Of a stretch of DNA of 64,000 bases, positions 38,801 to 46,400 are shown piece by piece. Each line of letters begins with the position of its first letter. Within the stretch, counting starts at the first letter, position 1. Source of the DNA: an uncultured Myxococcales bacterium (GTDB taxonomy: Bacteria; Myxococcota_A; UBA9042; DTJE01); the NCBI GenBank assembly GCA_903857665.1, contig CAIOFV010000084.1:16294-80293 (forward strand), in the 5' to 3' direction. The notes beneath the pieces are model-generated. The model was not told where the DNA came from. It was given only the letters and a program-made list of their open reading frames with translations, and did no database searches. Position numbers and translations under genes: made by a program.

Positions 38801-40082
38801 CAACGGTACCTGCGCCCAGTACTGGGGCGACTGCAACACCAACAAGCTGGCGGACGGCTGCGAGCAGGCCCTGAACACCGATCCCAACAACTGCGGTACG
38901 TGCGGATACGTCTGTCCCGCCCGGGCGCATGCGACCGCCACCTGCTCCGCGACGGGCACGTGCTTCTATACCTGCAACGACCCGTTGAACTGGCTGGACT
39001 GCAACGGCGATCTGAACAGCGCGACGTCCGACGGTTGCGAGTCCAACCTTCCGGACCTGGCTCACAGGTTCTACCGGGATGCGGACGGCGACGGCTATGG
39101 CAACGCGGCGGTCTTCCAGCAGGCGTGCTCTGCCCCGACCGGGTATGTTTCGAACAGCCAGGACTGCAACGACGGCAATGCGGCGATCAAGCCCGGAGCG
39201 ACCGAAGTCTGCGACGGGGTGGACAACGACTGCAACGGCTCTACGGATGAAGCACCGTTGTTGACGATGTGCCCCCTCACGGCCAACGTGGCGACGACCG
39301 TTTGCAACGGCACCTCGTTGTGCGGCATCGCGACATGCAATGCCGGCTACTACAACACCGATGTGGGCACCGCCGATCACGGCTACGCGAACGGCTGCGA
39401 GTGCCTGGCAGACACCTATGACCGGAACGGCCAGGCCACGACCTGTGCGGCCGCGGTCACCATGGGCACGCTGACGGACAATTCGACGCTGCAGGCCCTG
39501 GGTACCATCGGCGCCAACACCATCCCCAGCGGTGATACCGACTGGTACAGCGTGACCGTGACGAACAATGTCCAGAGCGGCACCTGGGCCGCCCCGAGCA
39601 ACGAGGCCTGGGGCGTCAAGTTCTGGCTGGACCAGGCCGCCAGCGATTCGTGCATCGCCTTCCAGGTGTACTCGGCCTGCGGCACCTTGTGGACCTGCGG
39701 CACCAACTGTACGGGGGGTGTAACCGACCTGAACCAGTTCCAGGATTCGTACAGCCTCGAGCGCCCGTGCGTCAACACCAACGCGAAGGGCGCGACCAAC
39801 GCCGGCCAGTGGAACTGCTGCGGCGGCGGCGGCACGGCTTGCGCGTTGCCCAACACCGCTGCGGTGGGCCTGGACGCGAATTGCGGCTACGCGGACGGAG
39901 GGGCTTTCCCGGGCGGCGCCCACGCGATCCATTACTGCAACACGACCAACGCCAGCGTCACCATGCCGGCCTCGAAGACCTACTACATCAACGTCTACCG
40001 CAAGACCACCGGTGGTTGCGTGGTGACCGCCCCGACCTGCGCCGGTGGCACGTATTCCCTGAAGGCCCAGAACATCTACTGA
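32868..40082 (+). CDS. giant secreted protein P3 (2404 aa): tail-fibre/collar-like N-region + 9 Cys modules + FGE-sulfatase-like domain + about 20 Cys modules + MopE metal-binding motif + PPC-like C-terminal domain
   Basis: RBS GAGGAGG-7-ATG. Signal peptide. GMIRYNQDLGALEYYDGTTWKSV. Collar domain MPIGAIVAYGSEIPPVGWMVCDGRML...FNIPNMQGRFLRG. FGE-like WYEAAAYANAM...GYRLPTEAEWEYA...GNVAEWT...RGGSYHDCSLYARGAFRSS...GFRLM. MopE-like RDADGDGYGN...CDGVDNDCNGSTDE. D.DWY motif near the C-terminus. Confidence 0.8.
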   Translation: MRRAREFGSLLVAIGIGAYALPALAVVDPVPLTVNAQGVLRNVAGEGITQSLDVTVRFYADAVCIGTDPTCLRGQVATTLSVLEGVFSTDLPVLESWFLHQSQLYIEIDAGVVHLARTAVSSTGYAFQARFAEQSDQALGLSCVGCISGSDILDGSLANAQVASDAAIDISKISGASPTIHTHTGFILATPPADAAAIQAAFASITGTLTAPRFVDQDNKLYFFDPSDVGQSAALSPGVVIGTSATPSATAWLSVGALGEFQVDGNGNAAIAGVSYVWPAGIGSAGKALSQGSGSLLWSSPPVDAMGAGLLVKTGAQTQIMRNLTGTTGQVVVTNGSGSAGDPTLALAPNPMLPGTGGSRIPGGSATKPSPATTGMIRYNQDLGALEYYDGTTWKSVVSATEMLASMPIGAIVAYGSEIPPVGWMVCDGRMLSRTDYADLFRTISTYWGNQGSTVDKFNIPNMQGRFLRGADTTITPSLKVDKSPRDRLYDNGNNDLVGSYQVTQNQNHTHTTPMILGAPPSLASSNWLCHPDWGTIRESDPVARFLRPDGTADEVSLAPGITLELERSLKGLADARLLDPSLVPVSPESQAEAVMTNLSGEARPVNGAVQYIIKVSNCIDATCSSSCASGFADCDTDPNNGCETYLGSIGNCNGCTILCDYNHASEACRQTSSFVFGCQFLACDAGYADCNNWLGNGTTDRDGCEVNLPTDVLHCGGCNQFCSTQNITRACAGGSCESGLCATGWDDCNANKRLDGCETDIAGGMLNCGGCGKICSTNNITRSCSGFVCNGTCNAGYMDCNSNKLTDGCEIHTDADATNCGNCGVACSTNNIARSCAGGLCNAGICNTGFADCNNNKLTDGCEINLTNDVVNCNACGRVCSTQNIVRACVGGSCETPACNAGFADCNGNKQSDGCEINLNTDVLNCNACGRVCSTQNIARACVSGSCETPTCNLGFADCNGNKQSDGCEINLNTDVLNCNACGRVCSTANVNRACSGGSCQAGTCTGGYLDCNSNMQSDGCEVPPKCDTGLKGICRIGDNTCSGVVAQCNITNFPVADNATVGSDPNCDGWVLVPQNATTGGFQMGQAFNTEPTGRGADYLSRLVGGIPTGDASTGPQQTAYERAHTVTFANNAMWKTTEVTQKEWKALFHAYNPSTFKTCDGGNGDNCPVENINWYEAAAYANAMSGTNACYTFLNVICDDSPPTNVGSNAIGCFFDVSGNPISRGIASATVTLSSLYATPKDCPGYRLPTEAEWEYAYNGHLSTHKAFGTPAATNLGVAIPAGLTGDLTNLQAETCLNAGGDHAQTINVSREDTHLDLLGWYCFNAVNTTHPVGQKWPNAWGIYDMAGNVAEWTWDSFGENNLAYQGPLSIPLGAIWFTSADPVQYSAIGYGNASKRGGSYHDCSLYARGAFRSSAYLGTRDPGIGFRLMKSITCGGPGCFLECDRTHKDCDNDTKTCETDLETVASCGNCYQTCAQTNTTGGSCSGWPNFTCTSSCVAPFLDCDGNKGTPGSNGCEVNSSTDPANCGACLAACSTNNITRSCVGSSCESGVCNGGYADCNSNKRSDGCEINLTNDVLNCNTCGRVCSTYGITRSCAGGSCEGAACLTGYTDCNGNKQSDGCETNTGGDVTNCGGCGRVCSTNNISRACASSSCQAGTCLTGFADCNTNKQLDGCEINLNTDANNCNACGTVCSANNMATRTCGAGTCNGNCTNRFADCNGNKQSDGCEINMDTDVLNCNACGRVCSTQNIARACVGGSCETPACNGGFADCNGNKQSDGCEINLNTDVLNCNACGRVCSTQNIARSCVGGSCETPGCNAGFADCNTNKQSDGCEINILSGDIVNCGACGTGCSQNHITATCAAYNCESGSCASGYLDCNSNKRGDGCETEIFNNLSNCGGCGVVCSTNNISRVCSSGNCNSGSCTSPYLDCNNNKQSDGCEINPLTDASNCGGCGKVCSNNHIATPTCDGAGACNGTCAQYWGDCNTNKLADGCEQALNTDPNNCGTCGYVCPARAHATATCSATGTCFYTCNDPLNWLDCNGDLNSATSDGCESNLPDLAHRFYRDADGDGYGNAAVFQQACSAPTGYVSNSQDCNDGNAAIKPGATEVCDGVDNDCNGSTDEAPLLTMCPLTANVATTVCNGTSLCGIATCNAGYYNTDVGTADHGYANGCECLADTYDRNGQATTCAAAVTMGTLTDNSTLQALGTIGANTIPSGDTDWYSVTVTNNVQSGTWAAPSNEAWGVKFWLDQAASDSCIAFQVYSACGTLWTCGTNCTGGVTDLNQFQDSYSLERPCVNTNAKGATNAGQWNCCGGGGTACALPNTAAVGLDANCGYADGGAFPGGAHAIHYCNTTNASVTMPASKTYYINVYRKTTGGCVVTAPTCAGGTYSLKAQNIY
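34730..35940. repeat. block A of in-frame about 135-bp (45-aa, 8-Cys) tandem modules in P3; several copies near-identical at nucleotide level
   Basis: Module CxxG[FY]ADCNxNKxxDGCE(I/V)NLxxDxxNCxxCGxxCSxxNIxRxC..GxC. Copies around 35570-35860 are >90% identical to copies in block B (38020-38400). Confidence 0.6.
37360..38900. repeat. block B of the same 135-bp tandem modules in P3 (about 11 copies)
   Basis: Same module as block A. Consecutive near-identical units, e.g. 38040-38175, 38175-38310, 38310-38445. Confidence 0.6.
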
Positions 40083-40347
40083 CCGGCCCGCGATTCCCGC
40101 TGACCCCCTGCCACCACGCGCCACCGCGGCACAGCCCTGTCGCACCCCCCGCCCGGCGCCCGGCAACCGACACGCGGGTTTCCCCGCCCCCCGCCCGGCG
40201 TCGCCCCACTGCGCACTCATCCCAGGCTTGATTCCACTGGTCACGAATACCCGGATCGGTTACGCTTCTGCCGTCAGGGGAAGCGTGATGCCCGTTGGGG
40301 CCGTCCGAATCAATGCCCCCGACGCTCGTGAACAAGGGAGGCTGGCC

Positions 40348-43209
40348 ATGACGCGGAATCGCGGAATTCGGCACGGGGTAGCGGTCGTCGGGATCCTGCT
40401 GGCGCTGGGCCTGTTCGCCGCCTGCAGCAGCAGCAAGACATCGAAGGATCTGTTCGTCGAGGACGACACCGGGGACGTCATCGGTACGGACACCCCGTTG
40501 ACGGACTCGGATGTCGTCAAGGAGGACAACCCTTCCCTGGACGTCGCCGATGGAACCGATACCGGGGACGCGCCCACCGATCTGGGCGATGTCGCCACCG
40601 ATCTGGCGAGCGATCCGGGCTCGCCGCCCGGGGGGACCTGGACAGACCCGGTTTCAGGACTGGTATGGCAGGACCCGCCGGTTACCGGCACGCAGAAACT
40701 CCAGGCTGCCATCGACTATTGCGACGCGCTGACGCTTGCGAACCTCGACGACTGGCGCCTCCCCTCTGTCAGCGAACTGCGATCCCTGATCCGAGGCTGC
40801 CCGGCGACCGTGACTGGCGGCGCCTGCGAGGTGCTGGACTCGTGCCTTCAGGAATCCTGCAACTCCATTGATGCCTGCGCCAGTTGCACTTCGGGCCAGG
40901 GCCCGGGCGCGAGCCACTGCTACTGGGATCCGGTGCTGTCAGGGACCTGCGGGGCGCTCTGGTCGTCGTCCGTCGATGAAACCAATACCGGGCGCAACTG
41001 GATCATCGACTTCAGCCTCGGGGGCTTCGACATCGACGGCGGCCAGAACCTCCACCTGGTTCGATGCGTTCGCGGCGGAGCGAAGAAACTGAGTCCGCCG
41101 ACGCTCACCGCGCCGCTGGCCAATGCGTCCGTTTCGAGCCCGCTCCAGGTCCAGGGTACCGGCGAGCCGAATGCGATCGTGGCCGCGAAGCTCCTGAACG
41201 GCGATTCCGAGATCGGTTCGGCCAGCGCGAACGCGACCGGGACGGGGACGTTCGATTTCGCGGTCGCGTTCACGGACGCGGCGGCAGGCACGACCCTTAC
41301 CCTGTCCGTGACGCAGACGGTGGACATTCAGACCTCGGCTGCGGCCACCGTTTCCGTGAAACAGAAGGCCGTGACGCGCCATGCGTTGGGCGGGACGATC
41401 AGCCAGGCGGCCGGGGCCACCAGCGGCACCGTGGCCAAGGTGCGCCTGTACGCCAACGATACCGAGGCCGTGCAGTACCTCCAGGAAGCGGTCTTGACGG
41501 TGGTCGAAGGCGCGCTGGTAAGCGGCGTGCCCTACACGTTCCAGGTTCCGAACGGCTCCTACACCCTGCGCGCATTCCGCGACGTGGGCAGTTCGCTGGG
41601 GCGGGCCCCGGATGGCGAACCCACACTCGGAACGGATCCGCAGGCCCCGGGCCTGAACGTGGTCGTCAGCGACGCCGACGTCCAGGGAAAGAACCTGGTA
41701 CTGGCCGACACCGCCGCGGCGGCGCACTTCAATGGCTTCGACGTTTACACCATCAACGAGAGCGCCGTGGCCGAACCCCCGTCCTACACGCAAGGGGGAA
41801 CAATCGTGGCGGGAACCGGGCTGTGCCAGGGATACCACCTGATGCTGGCGAACGGGCCGCTTGTCGGCACCCGGGAGGACCTGACTGCCCCCAGCGTGGT
41901 GACGCCCTCGGGCGCGAGGGTGGCGCTGCTGGACGACGGCGGATGCGGAGCCGACGTCCACAACAACGCGAACCACAGCTACGATGCTGCGGCGGGTGAC
42001 AACCAGTTCTCGCTTGGCATCCCGGATCCGAATGCCACCAACGCGGGCCGGTACGTGTGCTTCTATCGGAACACCGCATTGAACATGATTCACAACGAGA
42101 TCGACGACGTCGCCCAGATCGTCAAGATGAGCCGACTGGTCTACCTGACGGCGCCCACCGGGTCCGCCCATTCGGCCACCCTGACGCCGACCTTCACGTG
42201 GACTGCGATCGGGGATGCCAACGCCTACAGCTTCGTTCTCGCGACGGGGAGCACGACCATCCGGCACGACTCTTCGACGGCGAGTTTCACGATGACGGAC
42301 GATTCTCTCGCCGATGTCACGGCCTACGACATGAAGATCAATCCGCGCCTGGAATCCGGCCCCGGGGATGTCGAGGCCACCGCGCTGGGTATCAACAACT
42401 ACTTCATCACGGATGTCAGCGGGACCCACGTGATCACCCTCAGCGGCACCATCGTCAACAACACGGGTGTGACGGCGGATCAGGTCGTGTACGCAAGCGA
42501 CAGTTCGTCCCTCTTCACCGGCAAGGACGGTTTCGAGGCCAGCGCACAGGTCACCACCGGAACGGCCTTTTCGCTGGAACTCCTGAAGCAGGCGGACTGT
42601 TCGACCGACGCGAAGCAGAGTTCGGTCCTCGTGCTCCTCGACGCGGACGGCGTGGGCGACCCGAAGGCCGCCGGGGCGTTCGTCGTCGCGCAGAGCAGCC
42701 TGCCGAGTTGCAGCGACACCACCGGCATCAACGTAAACCTGCGCCCGAGGGTCAATGTGCTGTATCCCCACGGTGGAGCAACGGCGGTGGGCGACACGCC
42801 GACCGCGACCTGGGAAGCGTACGAAACGACCTACTCCATCGCGACAGGCAATACCCTCGACATGACGAACAAGTCCTACCTGATGTATTTCGAGATGGTC
42901 AACAACAGTGCGAGCATGCCCCCCGTCGCCTACGCCCTGCCCAATTCGACGACCAGTTTCAACTTCGCCGCCCTTCCGACCCACAATGTCGATGTGATCA
43001 AGGTCCTTTCCGGAGGCACCGGGACCAGCGCGGCGAACCTGAGCGGCGATACCCAGTGGAGACTCTTCGTCGGCGTCATTGAATGCACCTTCGGCGATAG
43101 CGGGCAGGCCCTGACGGACTACTCGACGTGCCTGCAAGGCCTGGTCGTTGACGGCAAGGTTTCCACCTACGCACAGTCGCCCGGCGGGCTGCAGTTCTCG
43201 ACCCACTAG
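40348..43209 (+). CDS. large lipoprotein with N-terminal DUF1566 (Lcl-like) domain and Ig-like repeats (953 aa)
   Basis: RBS GGGAGG. Lipobox LGLFAACSSS. DUF1566 signature DWRLPSVSELRSL...HCYWDP...LVRCVRGG. Downstream beta-rich Thr/Ala/Val segments. Confidence 0.75.
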   Translation: MTRNRGIRHGVAVVGILLALGLFAACSSSKTSKDLFVEDDTGDVIGTDTPLTDSDVVKEDNPSLDVADGTDTGDAPTDLGDVATDLASDPGSPPGGTWTDPVSGLVWQDPPVTGTQKLQAAIDYCDALTLANLDDWRLPSVSELRSLIRGCPATVTGGACEVLDSCLQESCNSIDACASCTSGQGPGASHCYWDPVLSGTCGALWSSSVDETNTGRNWIIDFSLGGFDIDGGQNLHLVRCVRGGAKKLSPPTLTAPLANASVSSPLQVQGTGEPNAIVAAKLLNGDSEIGSASANATGTGTFDFAVAFTDAAAGTTLTLSVTQTVDIQTSAAATVSVKQKAVTRHALGGTISQAAGATSGTVAKVRLYANDTEAVQYLQEAVLTVVEGALVSGVPYTFQVPNGSYTLRAFRDVGSSLGRAPDGEPTLGTDPQAPGLNVVVSDADVQGKNLVLADTAAAAHFNGFDVYTINESAVAEPPSYTQGGTIVAGTGLCQGYHLMLANGPLVGTREDLTAPSVVTPSGARVALLDDGGCGADVHNNANHSYDAAAGDNQFSLGIPDPNATNAGRYVCFYRNTALNMIHNEIDDVAQIVKMSRLVYLTAPTGSAHSATLTPTFTWTAIGDANAYSFVLATGSTTIRHDSSTASFTMTDDSLADVTAYDMKINPRLESGPGDVEATALGINNYFITDVSGTHVITLSGTIVNNTGVTADQVVYASDSSSLFTGKDGFEASAQVTTGTAFSLELLKQADCSTDAKQSSVLVLLDADGVGDPKAAGAFVVAQSSLPSCSDTTGINVNLRPRVNVLYPHGGATAVGDTPTATWEAYETTYSIATGNTLDMTNKSYLMYFEMVNNSASMPPVAYALPNSTTSFNFAALPTHNVDVIKVLSGGTGTSAANLSGDTQWRLFVGVIECTFGDSGQALTDYSTCLQGLVVDGKVSTYAQSPGGLQFSTH

Positions 43210-43424
43210 CCTCTCCCGCCCCCGACTGCGACATAACCGCCCTACGAACCGGCCGCCCCCCTGCACTTCGGCAGGTTTTCCGTACCTCCACCCGCGGATT
43301 TTGGCTATAATCAATCGTCTTGCGTGCATCAGGGCGGACCGGGATCACGAAGAGAGTCGCGTGCGATACCCGAATCGGCCCTCTGTCCCGGTCTTCGGCA
43401 CTTCGATCCTTCGAGGAGGTTTCC

Positions 43425-46400
43425 ATGGCCCGGTGCATCAGGTTGCGTGATTCGTTGCGACGGATTGCTCTTCTGGCCGTGGTGGGTGCGCTGGCCTCCG
43501 GGTGCGGCGGCAGCAACAAACCGAAGGACGTCCTCTCGGACACGCAGGGAGAGGATGAGGATTCCCTGGTGGCGCCTGACATCCTGGATGTCCCGGACCT
43601 GGTGCCGGACGTGCCCGTCCGGGATCCGGGAACGGAAGTCGATGCCGCGGATGTCCCTGAAGACGAAATCGGACCCGTGGAGGTGTTCACGGAGGACGTC
43701 CACACGGACGCCGGTTGCGAGATCGATTCCGACTGTCCGGACCCGGGCCCCTGCCTGGTGGGCCGGTGCGTGGACGGGATCTGTTCCACCGAGGCTCGGG
43801 ACTGCCAGGATGGCGATCCCTGCACCAAGGATTCCTGCGATCAGACGACCGGGTGCGCCCACGACGCCATTTCGGGCTGCACCACCTGCGGTGTGAGTAC
43901 CGACTGCATCGGCCACGAACCGAACCAGTGCGTCCGCGGATCCTGCGGATTGCTGGACGCCGGGGATGCGTCCCCGCCCTGCCCTTCTGCCGGGTCCTGC
44001 CCGGACGGCCTCGAATGCAGCCCGGATTCCAGCCAGTGCGTGGCCCACGCGTGCCGCTGGATCACGCGCGTCTGCGATGACCAGGACCCCTGCACGACGG
44101 ACGGCTGCGACCCGGATCGCGGCTGCACCCACGTCCAGGCTGTCGATGCGCCCCCGGCGTGCCACACGTGCACGAAGGATCTGGATTGCGCGAACCTGGT
44201 GGCCGATCCCTGCAGCGTCATCACCTGCTACCTGACGTCCGGCCGATGCCGCGTGGATCCGAAGTCCTGCGACGACGGCAACCAGTGCACCGTGGATTCC
44301 TGCGATCCCGCGACGGGTTGCCTCCATGTCGAAAAGGTGTGCAACGACGGGGACTCCTGCACGACCGATTCCTGCAACCCCGCCACCGGCACATGCGTCG
44401 CCATCGACCTGTCGTGCGATGACGGCGATGCCTGCACGACCGACTTCTGCGTGCCGGGCGTGGGCTGCCAGCACAACCCGTTGTCGTGCGATGACCGGAA
44501 CCCCTGCACCGAGGATCGCTGCACGGGCGGCCAGTGCACCTGGGAAAACAAGACGTGCGACGATGGGAATGCGTGCACGGCGGACACGTGCGTCCGGACG
44601 GACGGCAGTTGCAAGTCGGTGCAGCGGACGTGCGACGACGGCAATCCCTGCACGCTCGATTCCTGCGACAGGACCGCCGGTTGCATCCACACCGACATCG
44701 CCTGCTCGGACAACGACGCCTGCACTCTGGATCGATGCGATCCGGCCCTCGGTTGCGTCCACCAGCGCCTGCCGTCCTGCCCGTGCACCACCAACGCCCA
44801 GTGCAACGACGGGAACGCCTGCACGACGGAGGTCTGCGATACGGGCGTCTGCAAGTACGTGGCCACGCAGTGCTCCGATGGCGACGCCTGCACCGCCGAC
44901 TGGTGCGACGCGGCCACCGGAACGTGCCAGAAAGTCGTCCGGGATTGCGAGGACAACGACCCCTGCACGATCGACCTGTGTGCGCCCGGGGTGGGATGCG
45001 TTCACTCCGCGCAGGCCTGCGACGATCAGAACCCGTGCACCACGGATCTGTGCGACCGCGTGACGGGGGCGTGCGCGCATGTCGTGAAGGACTGCGACGA
45101 CGGCAACCCTGTCACCGTGGACCGTTGCAATCCCGACACGGGGAACTGCACCAACGTCCCGACAACCTGCTCGGACGGCGACTCGTGCACGACCGACACC
45201 TTCGATGCAATCAGCGGAACCTGTCGCCATACCATGATCAACTGTGACTACAACAACGCGTGCACGACCGATTCCTGCATTCCCCTGAAGGGATGCGTGC
45301 ACCTGCCGTCCCCGAAGCCCGGATGCTCCACCGCCTGTCTGATCGACAAGGATTGCTCGGACGGGAACCCCTGCACGGTGGATCAATGCGATCAGGCGAC
45401 CAAGTTGTGCGGATACACCGTGAAGGATTGTTCGGACGGGAACCCCTGCACCCTGGACGAATGCAACTCGACGACCGGAGCCTGCAAGAACACGCTGAAC
45501 ACCTGCAACGACCTCAATCCGTGCACGATCGACTCGTGCGACGCCGTGACGGGGGCGTGCGTCCACACCGACAAGAACTGCGATGACGGCAACCCCTGCA
45601 CGACGGACATCTGCGACCAGACGACCGGCAAGTGCCTTTCCACCCCCGTCATCGTGGACGATGGCGACGCCTGTACGGTGGATCGTTGCGACCCGGTTTC
45701 CGGGGTCATCCTGCACCTGCAGGCATCCTGCGACGACGGGGACCTCTGCACGATCGACAAGTGCGATCCTGCGACCGGGGCCTGCATCAACACGGTCAAG
45801 ACCTGCGAGGACCTGGACGCCTGCACCGCGGACTCCTGCGACCCCTCGACGGGTGCGTGCCTGAACGTGCGCAAGTCCTGCGATGACGGGGACCCGTGCA
45901 CCCAGGATTCCTGTCACCCGATGACGGGGCAGTGCCTGCACACGAAGCGTTCCTGCGATGACGGAAATACCTGCACGATGGATTCGTGCGATTCCGCTTC
46001 CGGCGCCTGTGTGCACCAGGATCGATCCTGCGACGATGGCGAGCCCTGCTCCGTGGACTCGTGCGTCCGAAACGTGGGATGCGTCCATACGCCCCTGTCG
46101 TGCGACGACGGGGATCCCTGTACCGTCGATGCCTGCGAAGGCACGGGCTGCAGTCATCGGCCCGTCGCGAACTGCAAGGCCTGCACCGTCGCCACGGATT
46201 GCCAGGTGACGGATCCGTGCGCCGTGGGCGTGTGCAACCAGGCGACGCACCAGTGTTCCTGGACGTACGCCGACTGCAACGACCGGGACCCCTGCACCGC
46301 CGATTCGTGCATCGCCGGGACGGGCACCTGCAAGCACACGCGGAAGGACTGCAACGACGGCCTGGCATGCACCTACGACTACTGCGACTCGACCTCTGGT

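Noticed and set aside
27396-40082. Prophage / phage tail gene cluster
   Set aside because: Tail-fibre and collar-like domains are present. There are no capsid, portal, terminase, baseplate, integrase or att-like features anywhere in the 64 kb. The genes carry Sec signal peptides and Cys-repeat arrays typical of bacterial surface proteins.
32937-40244. 1128-aa and 1302-aa minus-strand ORFs inside P3
   Set aside because: Antisense shadow ORFs of the repeat-rich P3 gene. Cys codons (TGC) read on the opposite strand as Ala (GCA), giving Ala/Val/Gly strings.
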